This document shows positions 26,993-35,040 of a stretch of 35,556 bases of DNA, piece after piece (the first letter of the stretch is position 1; the number at the start of each line of letters is the position of its first letter). The translations under genes and the position numbers were made by a program. The notes beneath the pieces were generated by a model. The model worked only from the letters and a program-made list of their open reading frames with translations, searched no databases and was not told the origin of the DNA. Source of the stretch: a virus (Duplodnaviria > Caudoviricetes). The stretch is from positions 1 to 35,556 of IMG/VR virus record IMGVR_UViG_3300030372_003368; one strand, given 5' to 3'.

Positions 26993-28502
26993 CGAAGTCC
27001 AATGTGGCCTGCGGCATCCGCGCCCACGTCGTCGGTGCCCGTGTCATTCTCTTATGCTCACCACCACCGAGAACGAGATAGCCATAGGCATCACCGATGT
27101 GGGAATGCTCGTTTTTGTTGGGCACGTCTCTGTAGCGCTCCTGCCCTGCCCCCATACTGACGCGGCTGAAATGATAGCCGCCTGCGAGTGCCTTGCGGGT
27201 GCGCGTGCATTTACGATTGACCAGCAGGCCGGGTGCCTTGTCGATGTAGCGGATCATCGGCGAAGCCATCGCCTCACGCCTTGTCTTCCAATCGTTTGTC
27301 GCTGCCGGGCGAGCGGTCAGGCCGATTGTCTTTAGATGATCAAATGCCGTCACCTCAAATATCTGATCGCGCTGTTGGCCGGCAGGGTCGCCCCATATAA
27401 GCACCTCGGCCTTTGGAAACAGCGTCTCAAGTTCTGCTTTCAAGGTGTTGCCGAAACGCTCAAGACCCATGTCGAAGGTCACAAGCTCATGAATGATGCG
27501 CCACTGACCGCTGACAGAGCGCTGCCCGAAGCAGGCCGCAGGCGTCAGACCAAAGTCGAGGCCGATCTGCACCGGTAGCGACGGGTCATACTCAAGGCTG
27601 TCTACGGTCATGCTCTCATCGTCGTACTCCGGGGTGATGGGCTTGCCTTCCTGCACATAGGTATATTCGCCCTTGGCATAGCATCTGATCCAATCAAGAG
27701 CTTTTCCACCGACGAGCTGCTCGTAATAGCCGCCCGGCAGGTTGGTGAGGTTTTCGGCAGACGGGTTAACCTGCCACCATTTGCCTGCACTCTGTACGAA
27801 CCCGTTAAACTCCGGCTCGCTTGGCAAGTCTTCCGCTGGCGTCTCGATCACGCCACCCGGCTGCTTGTAGAATTTCCACCCGTATTCACCTAGCGGTGCC
27901 TCGCCACCTTCTGCCAAGCGCCACCACCAGTGGTCGTCGTGCATCGGGTTTGTGTCCATCCAAATGCCCCGCCACGACGGGCCCCCATCGGCCTTGACGG
28001 GGAACCGGCCGACGCGGTGCGTCAGACCGTCGATGATTGCTTTCGGCAACTCCCGCGCCTCATTGATCCACGCGCCTGTCAGCTCCAACGACAGCAATTT
28101 CCGCACGTCTTTCGGTTGATCGAGCGCAAGAAATATCACCTCGCAATCGACACCGGCCGCACCGTCTCTGCTTGGCAACTTGATGTGATGGGTAATCGGC
28201 GGCGACCAGTGCGCCCTGCCCCAAATATGCTCGGGAAATATTTCCATCCACGTCTTGAGTGTCGTCGTCCGCAGCATCGGGTAACTGTTCCGCACGACAG
28301 CAAAGCGCGATCGGCGAATACCGTCACGCGGGCTTGGCTTCTGTTTTACAGCGCGGAGCATGATCTCGGCAGCGCAGGCGTAACTCTTGCCGGAACCGAC
28401 CGGCCCCATAATGCCGCGCACAAAGCTGTCATCGCGCAGGAAATCCCACACGGTGCGGCTTTTGGAAAAATCGAGATTCAGACTCGCTGTCGGTTCCATC
28501 AC
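26979..28502 (-). CDS. terL: Terminase large subunit
   Basis: Walker A GPVGSGKS, Walker B AWINE, DTNP, nuclease motifs IGLDFG...DPAG...HIGDA. Confidence 0.95.
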   Translation of the reverse strand: MMEPTASLNLDFSKSRTVWDFLRDDSFVRGIMGPVGSGKSYACAAEIMLRAVKQKPSPRDGIRRSRFAVVRNSYPMLRTTTLKTWMEIFPEHIWGRAHWSPPITHHIKLPSRDGAAGVDCEVIFLALDQPKDVRKLLSLELTGAWINEARELPKAIIDGLTHRVGRFPVKADGGPSWRGIWMDTNPMHDDHWWWRLAEGGEAPLGEYGWKFYKQPGGVIETPAEDLPSEPEFNGFVQSAGKWWQVNPSAENLTNLPGGYYEQLVGGKALDWIRCYAKGEYTYVQEGKPITPEYDDESMTVDSLEYDPSLPVQIGLDFGLTPAACFGQRSVSGQWRIIHELVTFDMGLERFGNTLKAELETLFPKAEVLIWGDPAGQQRDQIFEVTAFDHLKTIGLTARPAATNDWKTRREAMASPMIRYIDKAPGLLVNRKCTRTRKALAGGYHFSRVSMGAGQERYRDVPNKNEHSHIGDAYGYLVLGGGEHKRMTRAPTTWARMPQATLDFDVFA

Positions 28503-28927
28503 AGTCTCCGAAATTTATCGATCGGTATCAGCGCCACGGGCTCTATATCCTGCGCGTCACCACGATCCCGGCGACCGCCCATCGACACCCTGTATTCCGG
28601 TGCCCCCTTGCCTGCCAAGGTCACCCAACCGGTGCGGTCCTGCCATTCCACAGCAAGCACGATCGGCACGTTGGTAACGCGGTGCAGCATGCGGGCTGAC
28701 ATTATTTTGCCTAGCGAGATCATATACGACGGGTACGCATGCATTTTGCCTGCCCGACACTTCAATTCGGCAAATCCGACGACCTCACCATTCCGCAGAA
28801 ACGCATAATCAATGCCGTATCTGATCGGCAGCTTGCCCAACTCGCACGACCATGAGTCCACAAGTTGCTTGGCAAGGGTGCGCTCTTTCTCAAGTGTCGC
28901 TTGGTTTTCGTATAGCGGGCGTGCCAC
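28499..28927 (-). CDS. PD-(D/E)XK nuclease between terS and terL
   Basis: E...IDYAF...FAELKCR. Confidence 0.7.
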   Translation of the reverse strand: MARPLYENQATLEKERTLAKQLVDSWSCELGKLPIRYGIDYAFLRNGEVVGFAELKCRAGKMHAYPSYMISLGKIMSARMLHRVTNVPIVLAVEWQDRTGWVTLAGKGAPEYRVSMGGRRDRGDAQDIEPVALIPIDKFRRL

Positions 28928-29351
28928 TCACATCCTCATACGTTGTCTCGACAACATCGGGGCCGACCATCTTGATACCGACCACAGACGGTGCATTGCT
29001 CTCTGTCGGCGGGGGCTCCAACAACCCGGCAGACTTGGCAAGGACGCGAAGAACAGAGATTTTATCGTGCATCTCCAACTCAAGCGTCGGCTCGCCCTTG
29101 TCATTCTTGCTGACGCGAATTTTCTTGATTGCACGGGCGACGTGATCGGGGATCTCGGCAGATGCCTTGACCTGCACGTTGCCCGCCTCGTCCCACGTCA
29201 CGACGTCTGTGAGATTAGCGGACGCGATGTCGAGCAACGCCTGCGACACTGCGTCCTTGTTTTGCATGATGACATCATTTCGGCCGCGAAGACGCCTCTC
29301 TAGCGCCTTTACGCCACCGAAACGACCCGTCGGGGAGCGACTACCCGCCAC
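28890..29351 (-). CDS. terS: Terminase small subunit
   Basis: L..IA.ANLTDVVTWD..G.V.VK.S..I......AIKKI...LEMHDK...L..LAK..GL, upstream of terL. Confidence 0.75.
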   Translation of the reverse strand: MAGSRSPTGRFGGVKALERRLRGRNDVIMQNKDAVSQALLDIASANLTDVVTWDEAGNVQVKASAEIPDHVARAIKKIRVSKNDKGEPTLELEMHDKISVLRVLAKSAGLLEPPPTESNAPSVVGIKMVGPDVVETTYEDVSGTPAIRKPSDT

Positions 29352-29601
29352 GTCTTGCCATGCTCCTTACTTTTGAGATATGCGACTTCGATCGACGCAC
29401 GCCCATTGTGTATACTTTACTGCGAATGCTTTGGGGCGAACGGCTGAAACGCTCGGCAATTTTTTCCACAGCCACACCGTCTTCATACATTTTACAGATG
29501 AACGCAGTCTCTGTGCACATATACGGACGATGTTCGTCGGGCAGTGCCGGGCTAGGTGCTTCTACGCCCAACCACAGTCGCTTTAATCGCTCCCACATCA
29601 A
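29341..29601 (-). CDS. Small HTH protein
   Basis: MYEDGVAVEKIAERFSRSPQSIRSKV..MGV. Confidence 0.65.
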   Translation of the reverse strand: MMWERLKRLWLGVEAPSPALPDEHRPYMCTETAFICKMYEDGVAVEKIAERFSRSPQSIRSKVYTMGVRRSKSHISKVRSMARRGG

Positions 29602-29831
29602 AACGGCATCTCTTCGCTGTTGCCGCCCTGCTGCTGACGGGGCCGCGGCTCCATCATAATCACGCGGGTTTCGTAATCACCGCGATCGTTTTTGCTTGGC
29701 AGAGGCAGTGCCTCGAACGAGAGATTGAAGCCGTTACCGGACTTGTTTGCGAAGGCGACACCGACTTTTGTCCAATAGGTCTTGCCGTCGTTCCCACTGC
29801 GGGGAACCATTAAATCATAACGCTGTGCCAT
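29598..29831 (-). CDS. Small putative ssDNA-binding protein
   Basis: KTYWTKVGVAF...GFNL.FEALP with SSB-like tail EEMPF. Confidence 0.6.
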   Translation of the reverse strand: MAQRYDLMVPRSGNDGKTYWTKVGVAFANKSGNGFNLSFEALPLPSKNDRGDYETRVIMMEPRPRQQQGGNSEEMPF

Positions 29832-29941
29832 CAGTCTTCCTTTCGATGTTTCAGTTTCCGCGTGTATCGTTTCGCGCTTCGCACGACCTTATGCCGATAA
29901 AAACGCAGCGCAGCGGCTGCGGGGTTCCTTCTGCGCGTCAT
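29831..29941 (-). CDS. 36-aa basic ArfA-like peptide (not in ORF track)
   Basis: MTRRRNPAAAALRFYRHKVVRSAKRYTRKLKHRKED*, coupled at both ends (ATGA-region start, TGATG stop). Confidence 0.65.
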   Translation of the reverse strand: MTRRRNPAAAALRFYRHKVVRSAKRYTRKLKHRKED

Positions 29942-30168
29942 AGGCTTGTCCTTTTTTGAAAACACTCAATTTTCGCGACGGGCACGCCGGGAAATTCCTG
30001 CCCTGCAAAGGCTTTCAAGGCGTCCAAATTCCGCTCTACATGCTCGTAACACGCCTCAAGACTGCGAAATTCGACTATCCGACCGTGCCGGTGCGTGACC
30101 GTCAGGGCGTCACTTTCGTTTGGCTCGGCAAAGGGCAGAAACATGAGGATGACGATTTCGTACATCAC
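29938..30168 (-). CDS. Hypothetical protein
   Basis: 76 aa, coupled to its neighbours, hydrophobic N-terminus. Confidence 0.6.
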   Translation of the reverse strand: MMYEIVILMFLPFAEPNESDALTVTHRHGRIVEFRSLEACYEHVERNLDALKAFAGQEFPGVPVAKIECFQKRTSL

Positions 30169-30380
30169 AGCGCCTCCACGAGTTGCTTGATCAGACTGCG
30201 AGCATGGCCCGGACGCACCGGCTTGACGTGCAGATCACCATCGAGCTGCACGCATAACTCGACACCGCCACGCTCACCGGCACGGGCAAAGACCAACATC
30301 GGGCTGAGTTCACGACCGCAGGCCGTGCATTTTCCTGCAATCGTCCGGGTAGATGAGCCGCACCAATCGCATTCGGTCAT
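30165..30380 (-). CDS. Zinc-finger protein
   Basis: CDWC...CTAC; ATGA-coupled start at 30380. Confidence 0.6.
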   Translation of the reverse strand: MTECDWCGSSTRTIAGKCTACGRELSPMLVFARAGERGGVELCVQLDGDLHVKPVRPGHARSLIKQLVEAL

Positions 30381-31159
30381 ACGCCGCACATCCCTTCGCA
30401 TTCGTCACCAAACAGATCAGCTTGTCCCTCATGCTCAAGGTCAGCCTGATCTAACGGCACCAACGAACTGTGCAAAAATAATCGGCCTCGCATCCGCTCG
30501 TTCGTTCTGCAAAGCCTGTCGAACTCAACAGCGTCGCCCCATTCGTCTGTTTGCTTAAGCGCTCGCCAATGCTCGTTGCTGTGATACGGGCACCCAATAC
30601 AGGACGACTTTGCCAAGGTGCGACCGGGATAATGCCGGTTAAACCAAGCCATACAGTCGCCGCGAGACATCCGCTTTTCGATCAACGGCCAACGATTTTC
30701 GCACCATTTATCGAAAGACGGTTTCATGCGGATCGCCTCGTCGGTTGAGATGCCGATCCACGAAATGACCGCGATGCCTTTGCTTCGCTGACCTTTTGCC
30801 AAGCCCGCCAACTCGCGCATCTTTCGTCTCAACGGTCGCAGCTTATATTCCGACGTGCATTGACGACGCGCAAAACCCTTGGTGCCGTCAGGGTTGAGAA
30901 CATGAAACGGCATTGATGCCGATCGTTCATCTGATAACGCATCGGCTCGTAGATTGCCCTGCGTCACGCGGTACGTCGGAAACGGCAACTGTTGCTCCAA
31001 CCAATCGAGATGCGCGTAAACGCCTGCTGGCTCCCATTGGGTATCTGCAAAAACGGATGCCGATGGCATCGGCGTGAGTTCACCGCGTGCGGCCATCAGT
31101 GCCATCACTGAGGACTGCACGCCTGCGCCGAGAGATATGACCTGCAGAGGCTCACTCAT
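30377..31159 (-). CDS. PAPS-reductase-like / adenine-nucleotide alpha-hydrolase protein
   Basis: PP-loop SLGAGVQS, FADT.WE, RQCT..YK..P, IGISTDE..R, WPLI, SSCIGCP, C-terminal CEGMC. Confidence 0.8.
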   Translation of the reverse strand: MSEPLQVISLGAGVQSSVMALMAARGELTPMPSASVFADTQWEPAGVYAHLDWLEQQLPFPTYRVTQGNLRADALSDERSASMPFHVLNPDGTKGFARRQCTSEYKLRPLRRKMRELAGLAKGQRSKGIAVISWIGISTDEAIRMKPSFDKWCENRWPLIEKRMSRGDCMAWFNRHYPGRTLAKSSCIGCPYHSNEHWRALKQTDEWGDAVEFDRLCRTNERMRGRLFLHSSLVPLDQADLEHEGQADLFGDECEGMCGV

Positions 31160-31456
31160 CGACTCGGGTCTTTTGGAATGAGGTAAAACTTGTCAAGAAT
31201 GCTCGCATGAGTTGTAGCGAGGGCTTCGTGCCGCTCCACGCAGGATGACAGCGCGGTGTGGTAGCTGAAGAGGATCGCGGAGAGGATGAGAGGGGGGATC
31301 AGGCAGAAAAGCGGGAAATATTTTTGTGGGACCCCCCTAACGTCACTGGCCCCCGGGGCCCCCCAAGGGTAGGTGTACGTCTTGCCGACGTGAACAGTGT
31401 ACGCCTTGCCCTCAAGGATGTCCGTTTTGGTAGCGTTCGTTTTGACTTGTGACACC

Positions 31457-32266
31457 CTACCGCTCCGCGAGGAATAAGAGGTTAAGGGGCGCAGGTTTCC
31501 TGATGTCTCGGCATACGATCAGGGCATCGTGGGCTTCGTCCCTCACTCGATCGACACCGATCGCCTCGATCGCTCGGGCTGCGGCATCGATCGCATTCGG
31601 GTTCACCAGCCTCAATTCACCCGTGATACGGCCCACTTCGGCCACGTACCATCGTGCCACTCCACTCACCTCAACTAGCTGTTCCTCACCCCTTTCATCC
31701 CCGTGATTTATTCCACCTGCAATCTCGCTCTCCTCCGCTGCCTCGCTCTGCATCGGTATGCTTTGCTCATCAACGGGTGGCGGGTCTTCCGTATTCATTG
31801 CATCGATCAGGTCGTCTGTATCGAGCCTGTGATCGTAGATGATGCGGTACACCGTGCTGTAGATATGCTTCCACTTCGGGTGGCTCTTGTGCGCTGACAC
31901 CTTCTCGACATAGCCCAACTCAGCCGCTCGTTTCATTGCTTGCTGCACTTGTTGGTACGACGTGTTGACCGTCTCCGCGATCGTCTTGAGTGCAGGCCAT
32001 GCGAAACCCTGATTGTTAGCGTATGCACAGACAGCCAGCAGTATGTGCAGTTGCTTCTCTGTCAGCCCGGTTGCGCCTTTCTTGCCCCCGTGTTTCTTGC
32101 TGACGAACTTGGCGTCCCATATCGCTCTCGTCGGCACATACGTGTAAATGCTCGGTGGTCCACCATGCTTCCGCCCGATGCTGTGCGGTAATCCCTCCAC
32201 AACGCTCTCAGAGCCTCGCACAGCGCCCTTGGCCTTTTCTTGGTCCGCTGACACCACCATCTTCAT
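31457..32266 (-). CDS. HTH protein with phage replication-initiator-type wHTH
   Basis: ILLAVCAYAN..GFAWPALKTIA.......VQ.A.......GYV. Confidence 0.75.
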   Translation of the reverse strand: MKMVVSADQEKAKGAVRGSESVVEGLPHSIGRKHGGPPSIYTYVPTRAIWDAKFVSKKHGGKKGATGLTEKQLHILLAVCAYANNQGFAWPALKTIAETVNTSYQQVQQAMKRAAELGYVEKVSAHKSHPKWKHIYSTVYRIIYDHRLDTDDLIDAMNTEDPPPVDEQSIPMQSEAAEESEIAGGINHGDERGEEQLVEVSGVARWYVAEVGRITGELRLVNPNAIDAAARAIEAIGVDRVRDEAHDALIVCRDIRKPAPLNLLFLAER

Positions 32267-32303
32267 GTTCCCCTTTTGTAAAGCTCCCTAGCGACTTCTG
32301 ACA

Positions 32304-32831
32304 CTACATTGCTGCCAAGAGGTGCTTGAACCCCGCAATGACCTTCTCTCGCTCGGCAGGTGTTGCCTGCTTTCTGCTTTCAAGTGGTCGCATTGCCTTC
32401 AGCCTCTCGACATTCTGCAGTGCTGCCTTTGTGCGCTGATATTCAAGATCGCTGCTGACGTGCTTGATGAACGTGCCCACTCTCGGTGGCGTCTTGTACT
32501 CATGTGTCACAGCTACCCTCTTGATGGCCCGCTCCAGCACATCTGCCGGGTATGCTTCCAGCTTGGTGACGTACTCTCGCAGTATTACCTCATCCTCCGG
32601 TACGTTAATCAGCTTGGCAGCGTCAGCGAGCATTCTCATCGTCGCTGTCCATCCTGCTGCCATCAGTGATCGCCGCAGGTGCGTCTCGATGCTCTGCAGC
32701 TTCTCGTCTGTCGCCCATGCCGGCCGATGCGTCTCGTTGCGAGAAGTAGTGAGCTGCCTTCTCAAATGCGTCGGCAGTGCGTCCAATGCGCTCGGCATCA
32801 TCGGATTGCTTGGCAGTGTGGATATGTTCAT
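32304..32831 (-). CDS. Putative helicase loader / P-like replication protein
   Basis: Follows the initiator; Y...L..YP.D.L..A..........PP.V..F pattern. Confidence 0.55.
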   Translation of the reverse strand: MNISTLPSNPMMPSALDALPTHLRRQLTTSRNETHRPAWATDEKLQSIETHLRRSLMAAGWTATMRMLADAAKLINVPEDEVILREYVTKLEAYPADVLERAIKRVAVTHEYKTPPRVGTFIKHVSSDLEYQRTKAALQNVERLKAMRPLESRKQATPAEREKVIAGFKHLLAAM

Positions 32832-33411
32832 CGCTCCACCTTTCTTGATTTAGCCACGTTGTCGGATTGCAAGTGTACTGAGGGTCAGGATTGTACCGGG
32901 CGAGCCCTGCCATGATGTCGTCATGGCTGACCTTCTTCAGCGCTCGGCTGTAGGCAGTCTTAGCTGCACCCTTGCCAACCTTTTTTGGGTACTGTGACCA
33001 GAAGGCGTCGAAATCGCCCTTTATATTATTTAACGGATCATTAACGGTTATATAACGGTTAGTGTCGCGCCTCCGCGACTGCAGAGGTCGCGCCTCCGCC
33101 ACCTCAGAGGTCGCGCTACCGCGACTAGTCGCGCCTCCGCGACCACAGCTATCATACGGTACTATACGGTATCGCGTGTTCTGCCTGCCCTCACCGCTTT
33201 CCTTTGACAACTCACCCATTTCGATCAGCGCATTGATGTTGCGGATGACGTTGCTGCGATCGAGCTTGCAGTACTCTGACAGGCGACGAATTGACGGCCA
33301 CGCAATGCCGTTTGACGGGTTGACGTGATCAGCAATCGCCAGCAGCACTAGCCGCGCATTGCCAGTCGCCTCGCTGTGCTCCCACACCTCTGCCATTGCC
33401 TTGACGCTCAC
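32623..33411 (-). CDS. Replication initiator (lambda O-like)
   Basis: N-terminal RLVLLAIAD.....G.AWPS..RL, C-terminal FDAFW..YPKKVGK..A...P.TWLNQERW.DE, internal iterons. Confidence 0.88.
   Translation of the reverse strand: MSVKAMAEVWEHSEATGNARLVLLAIADHVNPSNGIAWPSIRRLSEYCKLDRSNVIRNINALIEMGELSKESGEGRQNTRYRIVPYDSCGRGGATSRGSATSEVAEARPLQSRRRDTNRYITVNDPLNNIKGDFDAFWSQYPKKVGKGAAKTAYSRALKKVSHDDIMAGLARYNPDPQYTCNPTTWLNQERWSDEHIHTAKQSDDAERIGRTADAFEKAAHYFSQRDASAGMGDRREAAEHRDAPAAITDGSRMDSDDENAR
33020..33143. repeat. Replication origin: four 16-bp dyad iterons plus AT-rich region with three 11-mers
   Basis: GTCGCG(CCT)CCGCGAC at 33064, 33087, 33110 and 33128. 11-mers at 33030, 33041 and 33052. Confidence 0.85.
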
Positions 33412-33608
33412 TCGACCACCTCCACGATTGCATCATGGATCGCTTCACCGATCGCCTTGCAGATGCCGTCAATGTCAGTGTCTTCATGTCTTTGAGACGT
33501 GCTGACCCACACCCCCACCACCTTGCCCTGCACATCAAACTCAACATGCGTGAACAGCGAGCCGAATTTGCTGTTTATCTTTGTCGTCGTAGTTAGCGTG
33601 CGGCTCAT
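33408..33608 (-). CDS. Hypothetical protein, weakly TSCPD-domain-like
   Basis: T.KI...FGSLF.HVEFD..G.V..VW pattern; ATGA/GTGA coupling. Confidence 0.55.
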   Translation of the reverse strand: MSRTLTTTTKINSKFGSLFTHVEFDVQGKVVGVWVSTSQRHEDTDIDGICKAIGEAIHDAIVEVVE

Positions 33609-33841
33609 TTCTTCATCGCCTCGAACCGCTCATACCGCTCGTACTCTACCTCTGCGAGCTTGGAACACGCCGGGCAGGCATCTTCCCCGCCGATCGTGTA
33701 GCCCGAATATTCCGGCGAATGATGGTCAATCCGCACCATGACCTCCGGTCGATAAATCATTCCTGACCCTCCACATCGAGGGCAGACAAACTGATCATCA
33801 CAGCCCGCTGTACGTTGTCTCTGTCCCACATTGCGGTCCAT
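33605..33841 (-). CDS. Small Zn-binding protein (start uncertain)
   Basis: CPRCGGSG...CPAC; alternative start 33760. Confidence 0.5.
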   Translation of the reverse strand: MDRNVGQRQRTAGCDDQFVCPRCGGSGMIYRPEVMVRIDHHSPEYSGYTIGGEDACPACSKLAEVEYERYERFEAMKK

Positions 33842-34122
33842 CGATGCACCCAATGGTCGTTTTCAAGGATACCGAAATGTTCCAGCCAATCGCCGACCGG
33901 CTTGAGCAGGTTGTCGAGATCGCGTTTCCGCTTGTCGGGTGGCCCGGCTCGTAACTCGATCGCCACCGGCTCTGCTATTGGCAAGCCGTTCCACTGCGCT
34001 GTGAGCGATGCTTGTGTCAGCCATTCCTTGTAGACCGATGTCCGGTAGACGCCGCGGCTTGTGTATCTCCACAAGCGATTGGTGCTTGGCGGGTACGGCA
34101 ACAGAAAGGTCAGCGGCGTCAT
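33757..34122 (-). CDS. rusA: RusA-family Holliday junction resolvase
   Basis: PYPPSTN..W, PPDKRKRDLDNLLK...D.L...GI..ND..V. Confidence 0.92.
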   Translation of the reverse strand: MTPLTFLLPYPPSTNRLWRYTSRGVYRTSVYKEWLTQASLTAQWNGLPIAEPVAIELRAGPPDKRKRDLDNLLKPVGDWLEHFGILENDHWVHRWTAMWDRDNVQRAVMISLSALDVEGQE

Positions 34123-34310
34123 ACATACCGTGCAGCTTTCTTGAATGCCGTCAGCCGGGCGGTGTGGTCGCCTTCCCTCGCCTGCAAGCCGATCGTGCAG
34201 AACTCACTGACAAGCGACGACATCGATCGCCGCTCACCTGCTGCTGTCATCTTTAGTGCACTCGCTAACTCTTCGGGAAGCACCAGTGTGGTCTTGCGTG
34301 CTTGTGTCAT
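34119..34310 (-). CDS. Ribbon-helix-helix (Arc/CopG-like) regulator
   Basis: KTTLVLPEEL...L...A..E.RSMSSLV; first gene of the leftward arm. Confidence 0.8.
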   Translation of the reverse strand: MTQARKTTLVLPEELASALKMTAAGERRSMSSLVSEFCTIGLQAREGDHTARLTAFKKAARYV

Positions 34311-34425
34311 AAGTCCAACCGTAATTATGTCGTTAATACATATTATGACTATTGACGACGTTACGAATAGTGACATATAAGTGGAACAAGACAGGGTATT
34401 AACGATTACAGAGAGGAACAGACTA
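34311..34425. promoter_or_regulatory. AT-rich divergent promoter / genetic switch region
   Basis: Rightward TTGACG(34352)-N18-TATAAG(34376), leftward CATAAT hexamers, and the transcription direction flips here. Confidence 0.7.
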
Positions 34426-34644
34426 ATGGATATCAACATTCACATCGCGCAGCGTAAACAATCTGACGGCAGCAATTGTTATGATGTCGCGCTGCAAGGT
34501 GTAACGGGACACCCCGAAACCCATCAGGTCATTAGCGTTCTTGCTTGCTCAGAAAAAGACGCTCACGCTTTTGCAGCGAAAATGAAAGTCCTCATTCGTG
34601 AGCACACGATCACCCACGTAAACGACATCACCTGCAATTACTGA
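34426..34644 (+). CDS. Early hypothetical protein
   Basis: GAGAGGA RBS before ATG 34426. Confidence 0.7.
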   Translation: MDINIHIAQRKQSDGSNCYDVALQGVTGHPETHQVISVLACSEKDAHAFAAKMKVLIREHTITHVNDITCNY

Positions 34645-34679
34645 CCTTGTCAGACAGCACCCGCGCGGAGAAATACATT

Positions 34680-35027
34680 ATGACAAAAAAACTGACCACA
34701 TTCTCAAACGGCCATCAACACCAGTACACCGGCAAGCGTGCGGTTACAGCAGCGTGGATGGTTGTCACACCATCAGACACAATCATTTCCGGCCACAGCA
34801 TCGACGCAAAGACCGCTGAGAAGACTGCCCGCGCCGCCGCAGCTGATCGCAGTAAACTATCTGTATTGTACAACGCAAAAGGCGCAGTCCCGCTCGGCTA
34901 TCTGCAACGCCGCGAAAAGCACGCACACGACAAAGGTTATAAAAGCCACCGCGATCTGGTGCAGTCGGTTAAGCGAGGCCGTGCGGCGTTCGTGGAGCGG
35001 TGCCACATTGAAATCGTGTCCCTCTAA
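34680..35027 (+). CDS. Early hypothetical protein
   Basis: GGAG RBS before ATG 34680. Confidence 0.75.
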   Translation: MTKKLTTFSNGHQHQYTGKRAVTAAWMVVTPSDTIISGHSIDAKTAEKTARAAAADRSKLSVLYNAKGAVPLGYLQRREKHAHDKGYKSHRDLVQSVKRGRAAFVERCHIEIVSL

Positions 35028-35040
35028 CCAAAGGAGAAAG

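Noticed and set aside
27930-28808. 292-aa + strand ORF
   Set aside because: Antisense shadow of terL and the nuclease in GC-rich DNA, with no recognisable motifs.
31156-31455. 99-aa minus-strand ORF
   Set aside because: It crosses homopolymer tracts and a probable promoter, and has no clear RBS. Not excluded, but unsupported.
33064-33143. CRISPR-like mini array
   Set aside because: Spacers are only 2-7 nt, the repeats lie inside the initiator gene and there are no cas genes. These are iterons.
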